Positions 52,058-63,076 of a stretch of 64,000 nucleotides of DNA are shown one piece after another. A model generated the notes under the pieces. The model was not told the origin of the DNA, ran no database searches, and saw nothing but the letters and a program-made list of their open reading frames with translations. The stretch's first letter is position 1. Each line of letters opens with the position of its first letter. A program made the position numbers and the translations under genes. This stretch comes from Hypanus sabinus (Eukaryota), in contig NC_082712.1 of the NCBI RefSeq assembly GCF_030144855.1, positions 169,260,001-169,324,000 on the forward strand. Direction: 5' to 3'.

Positions 52058-52340
52058 TAGGGAGCGGCATGGTAGCGTACTATGTACGCTTTACAGTACC
52101 AGCGATTCGGGTTCATTTCGCGCCTCTGTTTGTAAGGAGTTAATATGTTCTCCCCGTGTCCAGGTGCTTCAGTTTCTGCCAAGTCCAAAGACATACCAGT
52201 TGGTGGGTTAATTGGTCATTGCAAATTGTCCCATGATTAGGTTAGGATTAAATCGGGGGATTGCTGGGCGGTATGGCTCAAAGGGCTGGAAGGGCCTATT
52301 CTGTACTGTATCTCAATAAATTAATCAATAAATAAAATAA
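52058..52340 (+). mobile_element. V-SINE-like tRNA-derived SINE (other copies at about 9340-9530, 38447-38680, 62710-62900, and on the minus strand at about 40220-40470, 63430-63590)
   Basis: A/B-box-like head (ggcatggtagcgta; gggttcatttc), V-domain-like ..ggtgct.c.gtttcctcccac core seen across copies, (aata)n tail. Confidence 0.65.
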
Positions 52341-52661
52341 ATGGTTTTTTTAGGTCATAAAATTATTGAAGGACTAGCTTTGCATGCAATAGAAGGAACT
52401 GCAGCACACAATTTTACAAACCAGCATCTCTCACACAAGACCCTGCAGACTTTGTGAGTTGGATGCAGAGTCAGGACAGCAAATTTAGAAGGCATAGCTA
52501 AATTCAAGAATGCATGAGATTTTCTTCTCCATTTGCAATATGAACAGCTTGCCCAAATAAAAAGAAAACAGATTTATAAAAGACAAATAAAATGATCAGT
52601 TCATGAAACTTGCTTTCAGTGCAATGAATAGAAAACAGTGTGAACATGTTGGAATGCTTAC

Positions 52662-52830
52662 ATCTTCTTCAGCATGTAATAGCTTTTCAGTAAGGTCTTG
52701 GCTGGTTATTTCTTGGGCTTTCAAGGATTCCTTATATTTATCCAGTTGCGTCAACTTTACTAAAGTTTCTGCCAATACACGTTCCTTTTCTGCAAGTGAA
52801 GCTTCCAAATAGTCTTTTCTGTCGCTGACT
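52662..52830 (-). CDS. GOLGB1: GOLGB1 coding exon: VSDRKDYLEASLAEKERVLAETLVKLTQLDKYKESLKAQEITSQDLTEKLLHAEED
   Basis: Acceptor taatttctag, donor gtaagc. 169 nt, phase 2 to 0. Lies within ORF 52596..52853. Confidence 0.9.
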
Positions 52831-53865
52831 CTAGAAATTAACACCAATATCATTCACTTTCAATTATAAGTTTTATTAGTTTATGTGCAGTATTTGGAGA
52901 ACAGTGGAAAATGGAAAGCTGAAGACAAGACATGGTTAAGCGAGACGTGATCGAAGTATAAAAAAACTATTTATATTTGTATGAAACAATTAGAGGAAAC
53001 TATTTTGTTACTTGATGGCAGAGGATCAAGCAGCAAAGATGCCCATTACCATGTCCATCATGCCAAGACCAGCTCTTTGATACATCTATCAAATTAATCA
53101 CATTCCCCACTTTATAAATTCAACCACCTTTCCTGAATTACTGCTATTGCTGCTGCACTTTAGGGTGCAAGTCCTTGATCACAGTAATCTGACGTTAAAA
53201 AAAAATCCTCATCTGTATTTAAAAAAAACCCTATAATTACTTTAGCCTTGTTAAGAACATTAATGGGAAATTACTGCTGCTGGGGAAACTAGCAATCTTA
53301 GAAGCTCTTCATTTTACATTTACACTGCAATTTTTTATGGGGAATGGCTCATGTTACTATGACCTCTGAATACCTGAAAGAAGGACTGTGTTAATTGGAT
53401 CCAACCTACCAGATCACAGTCCCTGATTAGTCATCATGCTATCAGAGCAGGCTGTAAAATAAGTGGATCAGTGACCAGAGAACATGCTTTAATGATTATC
53501 AGCAAAAAAATATTAAATAAAAAGCAAAAATTCAAACTCAACATGTTGTAAAATGTAACACCCTCAATTCAGTCAAATGTCCTACTTTAAGATGGTTGAC
53601 AATTTATGCCAAATTTGGCTGAGAAGAGCCTGACATTATGAATAATGACTCTGCCTAGGAAAATAAGTCATAGGGCACAGCAACACAGAAACATGCACTT
53701 TGGCCCCTCTAGGTTGTGCCAAACTATTATTATGCTTAGTCTCATTGCTCACACCTGGACCATAGACCTTCAATCCTCTCACATCCATGTACTAAAATGA
53801 CCTTTGGATCACCAGCAAGACCTCTGGTAAGTTTTCTCTTTTTCTAACAAAATCGCTTTGACATG

Positions 53866-54262
53866 TGTACAATGTCCTGTATATGTTACTCAAAATGGCT
53901 TCTTTGGTTTGTTACGAGCAGGAATGCTTCTTTGTCGGATAAGTGTTTCGCCGTTGTTTCGCTTTAGAATGGCTGATATGGTAATTGTATTCATTTGTTA
54001 ATCAATGGGGAATGTTATTGTGTCCTGTGATGATGGGAACTTGGGGGAGGGGTTTTCACAGGTTTTTGGTGTGAGGGGGGAGGCCGAGGAAGACGCCGAG
54101 GAAGGTGGACGTGCGCTGGACTGCTCGTAAGACCACAGGGTGGTCCCAGGTGCGACGGCGTGGTGGTCGTGCGGTCGGATGAGTCGATTGGTTCATTGAT
54201 TGAGCTCCAACGAGTGCACTAAACAGACTGAACTGTGATAAGTTGGCGCCTTTTGTTTTTTT

Positions 54263-54301
<39 letters not shown>

Positions 54302-54500
54302 ATTGCCTACTACTCTTATAATTTTAGCAAACTCTTTAAAGTGGATTTCATAACGGTATTTGTTGTGGGTTTGATACTGTTGGCGGGCGCAAGGCATAAA
54401 CTCGATTCTCACAGCACCTGCGTGTACGGGAGGTGGGTTGGTGAGTTGCTGGATCTCCTTTTCCCCTAGACATGTACCAGCCTTTTGGGTAAGTGTTACA
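53866..54500 (+). repeat. 5' LTR (635 bp)
   Basis: TGTACAATG...GTGTTACA, a direct repeat of 60431-61047. Contains an expanded (AT)n tract. Confidence 0.95.
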
Positions 54501-54504
54501 TTTG

Positions 54505-54523
54505 TGGGGTGCTCGTCCCGGAT
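54505..54523 (+). promoter_or_regulatory. Primer binding site, tRNA-Pro-like
   Basis: TGGGGTGCTCGTCCCGGAT just after the 5' LTR, versus the complement of the tRNA-Pro 3' end TGGGGGCTCGTCCGGGAT (1 insertion, 1 mismatch). Confidence 0.75.
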
Positions 54524-54567
54524 TGGATTGTCAGGGGCTGTGGAATCGCGCAGGCAGCAGAGCGGAG

Positions 54568-55943
54568 ATGGACAGAGATAAGATTTTTTGTTGGTGCCAA
54601 TTTGAAGGTGTACCGGTGCAGTACGCAGGCGTAGTGAGCGGAGTGGATTTTCGAGTTTCGGGAGACACGATAGTGCGGGGTTTAAGTTCGGTGAAGGGAA
54701 TTGGGCAGGTAGAATTGGTAGCTAGACGTTGTGGTAAAGAGGTAGAGTCTAGCTGGGTGTTGGTTCGTACGAGTGCTGATGTCAGGATGTTGGAACTGCC
54801 GGTGACGGTCAGTGTTCCGGGGGAGGCAGGGCCGTGGGGGCTCCACACCCTCTCCGAGGATGAGGCTGAGGAACTAGAGCTAGAGGTGGACCCCAGAGAG
54901 GTGCCTGGCACTAGTAAAGGGAGGAGGGAGGAGGGAGTCGTGACTAAGCCCCGCTCCCCAGGTAGGGTGGAAGCCTCGGAGCTGGCAGCCGCACTTAACT
55001 CCCTGGTGGGGGTGGCCGAGAGGCCACGGCTGAAGCTAGGGGGGTTCTCCAGAGCCAAGCCTACTCCGGACGGGGAGGTGGACTAGGAGACCTGGATCGA
55101 GCATACGTCTTTGATGTTAGAGGAGTGGCCAGGCTCGGAGGAGGAGAAGAGGCAGTGATTGGTGGGAAGTTTGAGGGGTTTAGCAGCCAAAACCGTCCGG
55201 GAGTTGAAAGCTGAGAAGCCTGGGGCCTCAGTGGAGGAATGTATAGAAGTTTTGGAGGGAGCATTTGGGTTGTCAGGGGAACCCTGGCTGCTTTTAGCAG
55301 AGTTCCAACGCCTGGAACAATGGAGAGGGGAAAAGCTCTCCGAGTACATATTTAGGATGGAGGGGATGCTCTCGGGGCTGCAGCGCCGGGGGGTAGCGAA
55401 GACGACTGACGTGGCTAGCGTGAGGATGAGTCAGATATTCAGTGGCTCTCTGGAGGAGGACAAGGTGGCGTGGACTATCTGGCAGGCTTATAGGAAAGGT
55501 CACCCTCCATCGTTCGGGCAACTGATTAGAGAGGTGCGAGAGGAAGAGAGAGCGTTGGGGCGGAAAAGGGGCGCGGGCCTACGGGAGCGATCCTCAGCGA
55601 TACAGGAAGTGGTGGCTGGGTGGAGGAATGACAACCCCCCGGGGAGTAGGGAACCCCCTTTGGAGGGGAGGGACAGGGGAGGTACCTACTCTCAGGGGCG
55701 ATCAGTGCAGTGGATTGGGAGCGGGAGCCGTCCTGGGAGAGGAGGGGCACAGGCAGCGTGTGCTTTAACTGTGGGAAAGAGGGGCATTTCAGGCGGGACT
55801 GTGGAAGGCCGAGGGTGTGCTATAGCTGTGGAGAGGTGGGACGCTTTAGGTGGGATTGTGAGAGATAAGGAGTCCCGCGGAGGACAAGCCCCCCTACGAC
55901 TAAAAAGGGAGAAGTGTCGGGAAACTTAGGAGAGGCTCAGTGA
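54568..55943 (+). pseudogene. gag: gag (PNMA/Ma-like N-terminal and capsid domains, two CCHC zinc knuckles), disrupted
   Basis: MDRDKIFCWC...GPWGLHTL, then LGGFS...ETWIEH...EEW...EEEKRQ*LVGSLRG.A...VEECIEVLEGAFG...Q..GEKLSEYIFRME. In-frame stops at 55084, 55156 and about 55866. Frameshift near 55740 before CFNCGKEGHFRRDC. Confidence 0.88.
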
Positions 55944-55978
55944 TGGAACAGACTGGAGCCTCTGGAGGAACACGTTCC
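55919..55978 (+). promoter_or_regulatory. Predicted -1 programmed ribosomal frameshift signal (slippery G_GGA_AAC plus pseudoknot)
   Basis: The heptamer at 55919-55925 is in X_XXY_YYZ register with the zinc-knuckle frame, and the pol ORF (55940) is in the -1 frame. Stem AGAGGCTC/GAGCCTCT and loop GGAAC/GTTCC pairing follow. Confidence 0.75.
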
Positions 55979-58900
55979 CAGAGATCAGCCGGAAGACCAG
56001 CGGGTGCCCACGCCTCTATTCCGGATGGGCTGGTAGGACCCCGTGCCAGTGTGGGTCTACGGATAGAGGGAGTTTACGCAAAAGCCGTTCTTGATACGGG
56101 ATCGCAGGTGACATTGTACCGGTCTTTCTACAATCAATATCGAAAGCATTTGCCCGTAACCCCATTTGACGCCCTGCAGATTTGGGGTGTGAGCGAGGGT
56201 GACTACCCGTACGATGGGTACCTATCGGTGAGATTGGAGTTCTCGGAGGGCGATGTGGGAGTGTCAGAAGCTATTGAGACGTTGGTGTTGGTGTGTCCTG
56301 ACCCGGTGGAAACCGGTGGTGCTGCCCTCCTGGTGGGGACTAACTCCCCCGTTGTGCGACGGCTCCTGGGAGCTTGTAAGGAAAAAGGGGGGGGGGGAAT
56401 GACTTTCTGGAGACCCTCTCGGTGCATCCAGTGTTTCGAGCAGTGTTCGAAGAAGGGGTTGCCTCCCAAGGGCTGGACCCGGAGTGTAAACGAGGGACGG
56501 TGTGGTGTACGCAGGCGAGGCCCAAGGTGATCCGACCCGGGGAGGTAGCACTAGTGATGGGGACCCCCAGATTCCCAGAAGTGCCGACGGGAGAAGCCCT
56601 GTTAGTAGACGCCCCAGACGATCTTGAAGGGGAGACACAATTTCCGGCGGGGGCGCTGGTGAGGCCCGAAGTGCAGAGACCAGGGGTGGTACATGCGAGG
56701 CGTATAGCTATAAGTGTCAGGAACACCACGGCAAGTGAAATCACCTTTAAGAGGGGAATGCCGCTGGCACTTCTGTTCCCGGTGACGGTAATGTCTAGCG
56801 CACCAGTGAGGACCCCTAACGGGGAGGGCTCGGAGCATCGAAGGGAGCTGACTGCTGAAGCCTTTAACTTCGGGGATTCCCCTGTGTCGCCGGAGTGGAA
56901 ACACCGGCAAGTGGAGAAGATGCTGAAGATGGAAGCTGTTTTTTCTCGGGGCAAGTTTGATGTTGGCTGCTCCAAAAGCACTCGCCACACCATCCGGGTG
57001 ACGGATGACACCCAGTTCCGAGAGAGATCCCGGCGGCTGGCTCCGGCAAATTTTGAGGACGTGCAACAGCACTTGTGCAAGTTGAAGGATGCCGGAATCA
57101 TAGCTGAGTTCCAAAGTCCTTATGCGTCCCCAATAGTGGTGGCACGGAAGAAGAATGGGCGAGTGCGCATGTGTGTTGACTACAGGACGTTGAATCGGCG
57201 AACTGTCCCTAATCAATATACTGTCCCAAGAGTCGAGGATGCGCTGGCCTGCCTGAGCGGTGCAAAGTGGTTCAGTGTGCTGGATTTAAGAAGCAGGTAT
57301 TACAGATCCCGATGAGTGCGGGCAATAAAGAGAAGACCGCTTTTATCTGCCCGCTGGGGTTCTTTCAGTTCGAACGAATGCCCCAAGGCATATCGGGAGC
57401 CCCAGCCACCTTCCAGAGACTCATGGAGAAAACTGTGGGGGATATGAATCTGTTAGAGGTGCTGGTGTACCTGGATGATTTGATAGTGTTTGGATCGACT
57501 TTGGAGGAACATGAGGAGAGGCTGTTGAAGGTGTTGGGCCAGCTTAATGAAGAAGGGTTGAAGCTTTCCCTAGACAAATGCCAGATCTGCAAGTCTTCGG
57601 TTAACTACATTGGCCATATCATTTCGCGAGAGGGAGTGGCTACTGATCCAACCAAGATAGAGGCCGTGACCACCTGGCCGAGACCCTGGAAAGTGGGCGC
57701 TCTGCGCTCATTTTTGGGGTTCTGTGGGTATTACCGGCGATTTGTGAAAGGATACGCCAAAGTGTGTCACCCGTTGACTCAGCTGTTGTGTGGCTATCCC
57801 CCGGTGGGAAAGAAGAGGACGGGGAACCAGAGGCAGGACGCTGGAGGATACTGGAACCCAGCGGAACCTTTTGGCTCGAGACGGGATGATCAATGTGAAG
57901 AGGCGTTCCGATCTTTGAAAAGGGCACTGACCCAGGCCCCGGGGTTGGCTTTTGCCGATCCCCAGAAGCCATATGTGCTGCACACGGATGCCAGCCGAGA
58001 GGGTCTCAGGGCTGTTCTGTACCAGGAGCATGGCAAAGCATTGAGGCCGGTAGCCTTTGTCAGCCAAAGCTTGACGCCATCGGAGAGAAACTATCCCACT
58101 CACAAGTTGGAGTTCCTGGCGCTGAAGTGGGCTGTGGTGGACAAGCTGGGCGATTACCTGTACGGAGCCAAGTTTGAGGTGAGAACGGATAACAATCCTC
58201 TCACTTATATTTTGACTTCGGCGAAGCTGGATGCCACAGGACATTGGTGGCTGGCGCCCTTGTCGGTATATGATTTCAGCCTGAGGTACCGCCCCGAAAG
58301 CAAGAATGTCGATGCGGATGCGTTGTCTCGTCGGGAGCCGGGGGAACAGGAGAGGGAGGAGGAGTGGAAGAGTGTCCCTGCCCCTGGAGTGAAGGCAATG
58401 TGTCAGTTTGCTATCACCGTGAAGGCCGAGGGAAGAGGGAGGCTGGAACGAGCCGTGGACCATTTGGGGGTTTTTGACGACGCCATACCCCTAGTTTACT
58501 GTGACCTGACTGCACTGCGGACTAAACAGTTGCCGGAACTGAATCCAGGGGAAGTGGCAACTGCTCAGCAAAATGACCTGGGCATTGGCACAGTGTGGAG
58601 AGCAGTCGAGAAGGGGGATGTGGCATTGGCTGAGAAGGCGAAACACCCATGCGTGCCTCTGTTGTTGAAGGAGTGGTCTCAGTTGAAGTTAAAGAACAAA
58701 ATCTTGTACCGGGTAATGGCGCCTCCAGATCAACCCCACTGTTGGCAACTGGTCCTGCCAGAGGAGTATCGGCAGGCTGTACTCCAGGCCTTACATGATG
58801 ATTCTGGACACTTGGGGGTGGAAGAGACCTTTGGATTACTCAAAGACCGGATGGGGGGGGGAAGTCGAAGAATACTGTAGGGGATGCAGTCGTTGCATCC

Positions 58901-60409
58901 GGAGGAAGACCCTGCCAGCGTTGGCAGCTCCACTGTCGCACTTGCAGAGTGCGGGACCTCTGGACCTGGTATGTATGGATTTCCTGTTGATTGAGCCTGA
59001 CACCAGCCACACCGCGAATTTCTTAGTCATCACCGATCATTACACTCGCCATGCTCAGGCATTTCCCACCAAGGATCAGAAGGCGACGACAGTGGCGAAG
59101 GTGTTATGGGAGAAGTATTTTGTGCATTACGGCCTTCCCAGGCGAATCCATAGTGATTAGGGGCGGGACTTTGAGAGCTGCCTTGTCCATGAATTACTGA
59201 CTATGCTTGGGGTTGAGAAATCCAGGACTACCCCTTATCACCCACAGGGCGATCCTCAGCCAGAGAGGTTCAAAAAGACCCTGTTGGATATGCTTGGGTC
59301 ACTGGAGATTGGGCAGAAAAGCAGGTGGATTTGTCATACTGGACAATTGGTTCACTGTTACAACTGTACTCGCGATGATACTACAGGGTATTCGCCCTAT
59401 TATCTGATGTTCGGGCGGGAAGCGAGGTTGCCCATTGACGTGTGTTTTGGGGGTGGAGTGCGTGAATTACCCGGGAAGTCCCATCTAAAGTACGTGTCCG
59501 ACATGAAGAGGGAGTTACAGCGGGCGTACGAGTTGGCCGAGGCGGCGGCTACCAAACAAAATCAGAGGAATAAGATGCGGAATGATCGAAAGGTGAAGTT
59601 TGTCCAATTATTGCCGGGCGACCGGGTCCTTTTACGGAATTTGGGACTCCCTGGTAAGCACAAGTTGGCAGATCGATGGGCGGCCAGCCCCTATGTCATA
59701 GAGAGCCAGATGCCGAACCTGCCAGTTTACCGGGTGATACCTGAGGATGGGAAAGGCCCTATCAAGGTACTCCATCGGAATCACCTGCTGCCACTGGGTC
59801 AAGCGGTGCAGGTGGATAATGAGCCCGAGTGGGAGGTTACGCCTAGTACAAGGACTCTGTGAGGGCGCGGAGACAGGGAAGAGCCCGCTGCTGAAGAGTG
59901 GGGACAGGTCCCTCACCTGGGAATGGCTACCGATTCAGAAGAGGACGACGCAGATGAGTGGGCCCTGTTCCCATTCGCTGGTGCTCCAGTACCAGGAGAG
60001 GAGGCTCCTGGCCCTTCCCATACTGAATTGGGTGAGAGGAGGGAAGATCTTGAGGGTCAGATGGAGAGGCAGCCAACATTGGTGGGAGAGAGGGTGGAAC
60101 CCAAGCGTGAGCCGGAGATCTCAGGTGAGGGAGGAACCCTGTGAGGAAGGGGGTGCGGGTCTGTCAGGTAGACCTGGGGTGTCCGAGACAGTGGGTTCGT
60201 AGGTGACGAGGGAGCCCAGTGGGGCAGAAGGGGTATGGAGATCTCAGAGGATTAGGTGCCCCCTGGAGCGGTTGACATATGTGGTACCGGGAGAACCAAG
60301 TGTGATTTCTACTGCTCTGGGTAGTTATGTCACTGCTTTCTGCACCTGGGTTGGGTTTTGTGTGTTGCAAGAAGCTTTGGGGAACTCTAGTAATGCCATG
60401 AGGGCATGA
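55919..60409 (+). pseudogene. pol: pol (aspartic protease, reverse transcriptase, RNase H, integrase), disrupted
   Basis: AVLDTGSQVT (about 56093); [20 protein letters not shown] (57468); LHTDAS, ERNYPTHKLEFLALKWAV, RTDNNPL; H-H-C-C and MDF / HSD*G / PQPERF integrase motifs. Frameshifts at the G-runs near 56390 and 58855 and near 57300. Stops at 59158 and 59860. Confidence 0.93.
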
Positions 60410-60417
60410 CACTTGCT

Positions 60418-60430
60418 GGTGGGGAGAGAA
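60418..60430 (+). promoter_or_regulatory. Polypurine tract
   Basis: GGTGGGGAGAGAA directly abuts the TG start of the 3' LTR. Confidence 0.85.
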
Positions 60431-61047
60431 TGTACAATGTCCTGTGTATGTTACTCAAAATGGCTTCTTTGGTTTGTTACGAGCAGGAATGCTTCTTTAT
60501 CGGATAAGTGTTTCTCTCGCCGTTGTTTCGCTTTAGAATGGCTGATATGGTAATTGTATTCATTTGTTAATCAATGGGGAATGTTATTGTGTCCTGTGAT
60601 TATGGGAACTTGGGGGAGGGGTTTTCGCGGGTTTTTGGTGTGAGGGGGAAGCCGAGGAAGACGCCGAGGAAGGTGGACGTGCGCTGGACTGCTCGTAAGA
60701 CCACCGGGGTGGTCCCAGGTGCGACGGCGTGGTGGTCGTGCTGTCGGATGGGTCGACTGGTTCATTGATTGAGCTCCAACAAGTGCACTAAACAGACTGA
60801 ACTTTGATAAGTTGGCACCTTTTGTTTTTTTCCATATATATATATTGTATTGCCTATTACTCTTTTAATTTTAGTAAACTCTTTAAAGTGTATTTCATAA
60901 CGGTATTTGTTGTGGGTTTGATACTGTTGGCGGGCGCAAGGCATAAACTCGATTCTCACAGCACCTGCGTGTACGGGAGGTGGGTTGGTGAGTTGCTGGA
61001 TCTCCTTTTCCCCTAGACATATACCAGCCTTTTGGGTAAGTGTTACA
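60431..61047 (+). repeat. 3' LTR (617 bp)
   Basis: Direct repeat of the 5' LTR, followed by the CATG TSD. Confidence 0.95.
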
Positions 61048-61180
61048 CATGAAATAGTCTTTTTCTGTTGATCAGTGTCAAAAAAAGTTAAACTAAATCC
61101 ACTGTGATTCAATGTTGTAAAACAATAAAACAGGAAAACTTCTGGGGGAGGGGAGGGTGAATACTTTTTATAGGCATTGT
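61048..61180 (+). mobile_element. Tc1-like terminal inverted repeat fragment (host of the Gypsy insertion)
   Basis: Closely matches the right TIR of the Tc1 at about 8990-9132 (...gtgaatactttttata.gca.tg/TA). The left flank ttgacatg continues the same TIR. Confidence 0.8.
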
Positions 61181-62003
61181 ACTTAAAGAAGATTAAAGGT
61201 ACTTAAAGGAAAGATATCACTAAGATTGTAAGAGTGCAGAGAAAATTTAGAAGGATGCTGCTGGGACTTGAGGACTGGAGTTATAGGGAAAAGGTGGAGT
61301 CATTCAGGATTTTAGTCCCTCAAGTGAAGAAGAAGGGGAGACTTGATAATGGTACACAAAATTACATGGGGTAAAGATAAGATATATGCAAGCATGCTTT
61401 ATCCAGAGTTTGGGTGAGACTGAAACTAGAAGTCATAAGTTAAGGGTGAAAGGTGAAACATTTAAGGGGAACATTAGGGGGAACTTCTTTACTCAGATGA
61501 TCTTGAGAGTGTGGAATGTGTTTGAAGTGGTGATGCAGAGTTGATTTTACCATTTAAGAGAAATTTGGAGGGATAAATATACGGGAGAGATATAGAAGGC
61601 AATGGTCTGGGTTCAGGTCGACAGGAGTAAGCAGAGTAATAGTGCAGCACGAACTAGGTAGGCCAAAGGGCCTGTTTCTATGCTGTAGTGTTCTATGACT
61701 CTATGAATCGCTCCATGAGCCAGGGGCAACTCACTAAGCTAACTGGCCTATATTATTCGGAAATTTTTTTTAAATATCCTATTGTACTTGTCAGCAAATT
61801 ATACAAGAGTTTCAGAACTTCGCTTTTCAACAAATGCTTGACATACGATTTCCCTTGAACTGACTGACAAAGCAATCAAAATGCTAATGTTATGGGGGAC
61901 TGATTCCCAATGCCAAGAAAAAGAAATGACGTTCAAATTATGGAAATTGAGCTTTATTGCTGCTCCTCTCATGTCAATACAAAACAGTGGCAAGTTTTCC
62001 TAC

Positions 62004-62113
62004 CCTTTTAACCGTTCATTCAGACTTGAAACAATTTGTTGGTGTTGTTCAAAATCACGGCTTTGCTGGCTTCGCAAATGGGACAGCTGATTCTGCAACC
62101 GTTCAGCTTCATT
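62004..62113 (-). CDS. GOLGB1: GOLGB1 coding exon (most 5' exon found in window): NEAERLQNQLSHLRSQQSRDFEQHQQIVSSLNERLK(G)
   Basis: Acceptor cttcctgatgcag, donor gtagga. 110 nt, phase 0 to 2, joins the next exon in frame (GG+A=Gly). Coiled-coil composition. Confidence 0.85.
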
Positions 62114-63076
62114 CTGCATCAGGAAGGTAAAATTTAGAGCAGATTTTCAAAACATATTTTGTTTTTTTCATATCACATTTGAGGCATAAAGACAAATTCA
62201 CAATTTAATCTACCATCTAAGTCCTATTCTGAAAGTGCGGAAAGATATCAAAGCTACAGGACTGAATCTATCATATCGGTCAGAACTTCCATCTTTTAAT
62301 GAAATTGAAGAGTATCAGCACATATGAAACCACTCAACACTACTCAGGATAAATTGCATTTACTGTGAATAACATAAAAATAATTTATAAGTATCATCTC
62401 AAAAGCCAAAGCACAAGCACAATGACAAACACAGTTCTCTTCTGTCTTCATAAAATCCATTCCTATCTCCGGTGATCACAAGCCTAGTTTAGATAAATGA
62501 GGTAATATTTGTTTTGCTATGTATTCCTGTACATCAGCTTGCTGAAAATAAGTATATTGATGGAGGATGAAGGACAAATCTTTGGGCACCTGACTCACCA
62601 GACTGCTGCTTCCTCAATATTCTTGAGAATGACCCAAAATTCCAGCACTACAAAGCAGTCTAACTCTGGAAATGATAAGACAATACCTTGATTATTTTTA
62701 TTCGCTGATGCCTGTCTGTGGGACATAGTAGCAGTGCTATTGTCTGACAGCTCCAGTGACCGAGATTCAATCCTGAGCTCTGGTGCTATGAATGCAGAGA
62801 TTTGCACCATCTCCCTGTGATCACATGGGAGTTCTCCGATAGCTCAGGTTTCCTCCTACATCCTGAAAACTTACAGGTTGCTAAGTTAGTTTGCTACATA
62901 AACTACCCTCGTGTTTGGATGGCAGAAAAATTAGAATGCAGCTGATGAGTATATACTAGAATAGGTTCCAGAGAGATTCTATTAATCATTTAGGAGCCAG
63001 TTCAATGTGAATGGGGTGAATAGCCTCCTTCACAGTTGCAAAGAAATATGAATGTAAAACGGTGCATTCTGAATGT

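Larger units (their letters stand above)
53866..61047 (+). mobile_element. Full-length, decayed Ty3/Gypsy LTR retrotransposon in a GOLGB1 intron (antisense to the host gene)
   Basis: Two near-identical LTRs with TG...CA ends. 4-bp TSD CATG at 53862-53865 and 61048-61051. PBS, PPT and gag-PR-RT-RH-IN domain order are all present. Confidence 0.97.

Noticed and set aside
54493-55929. A functional domesticated PNMA-like host gene
   Set aside because: Gag has in-frame stops and a frameshift and sits in a complete LTR element with a TSD, so it is a decayed transposon copy.
56340-59916. Long antisense ORFs (up to 253 aa) within the Gypsy element as accessory or env genes
   Set aside because: They are shadows of GC-rich pol coding sequence, with no signal peptide, TM/fusion motifs or independent start context.
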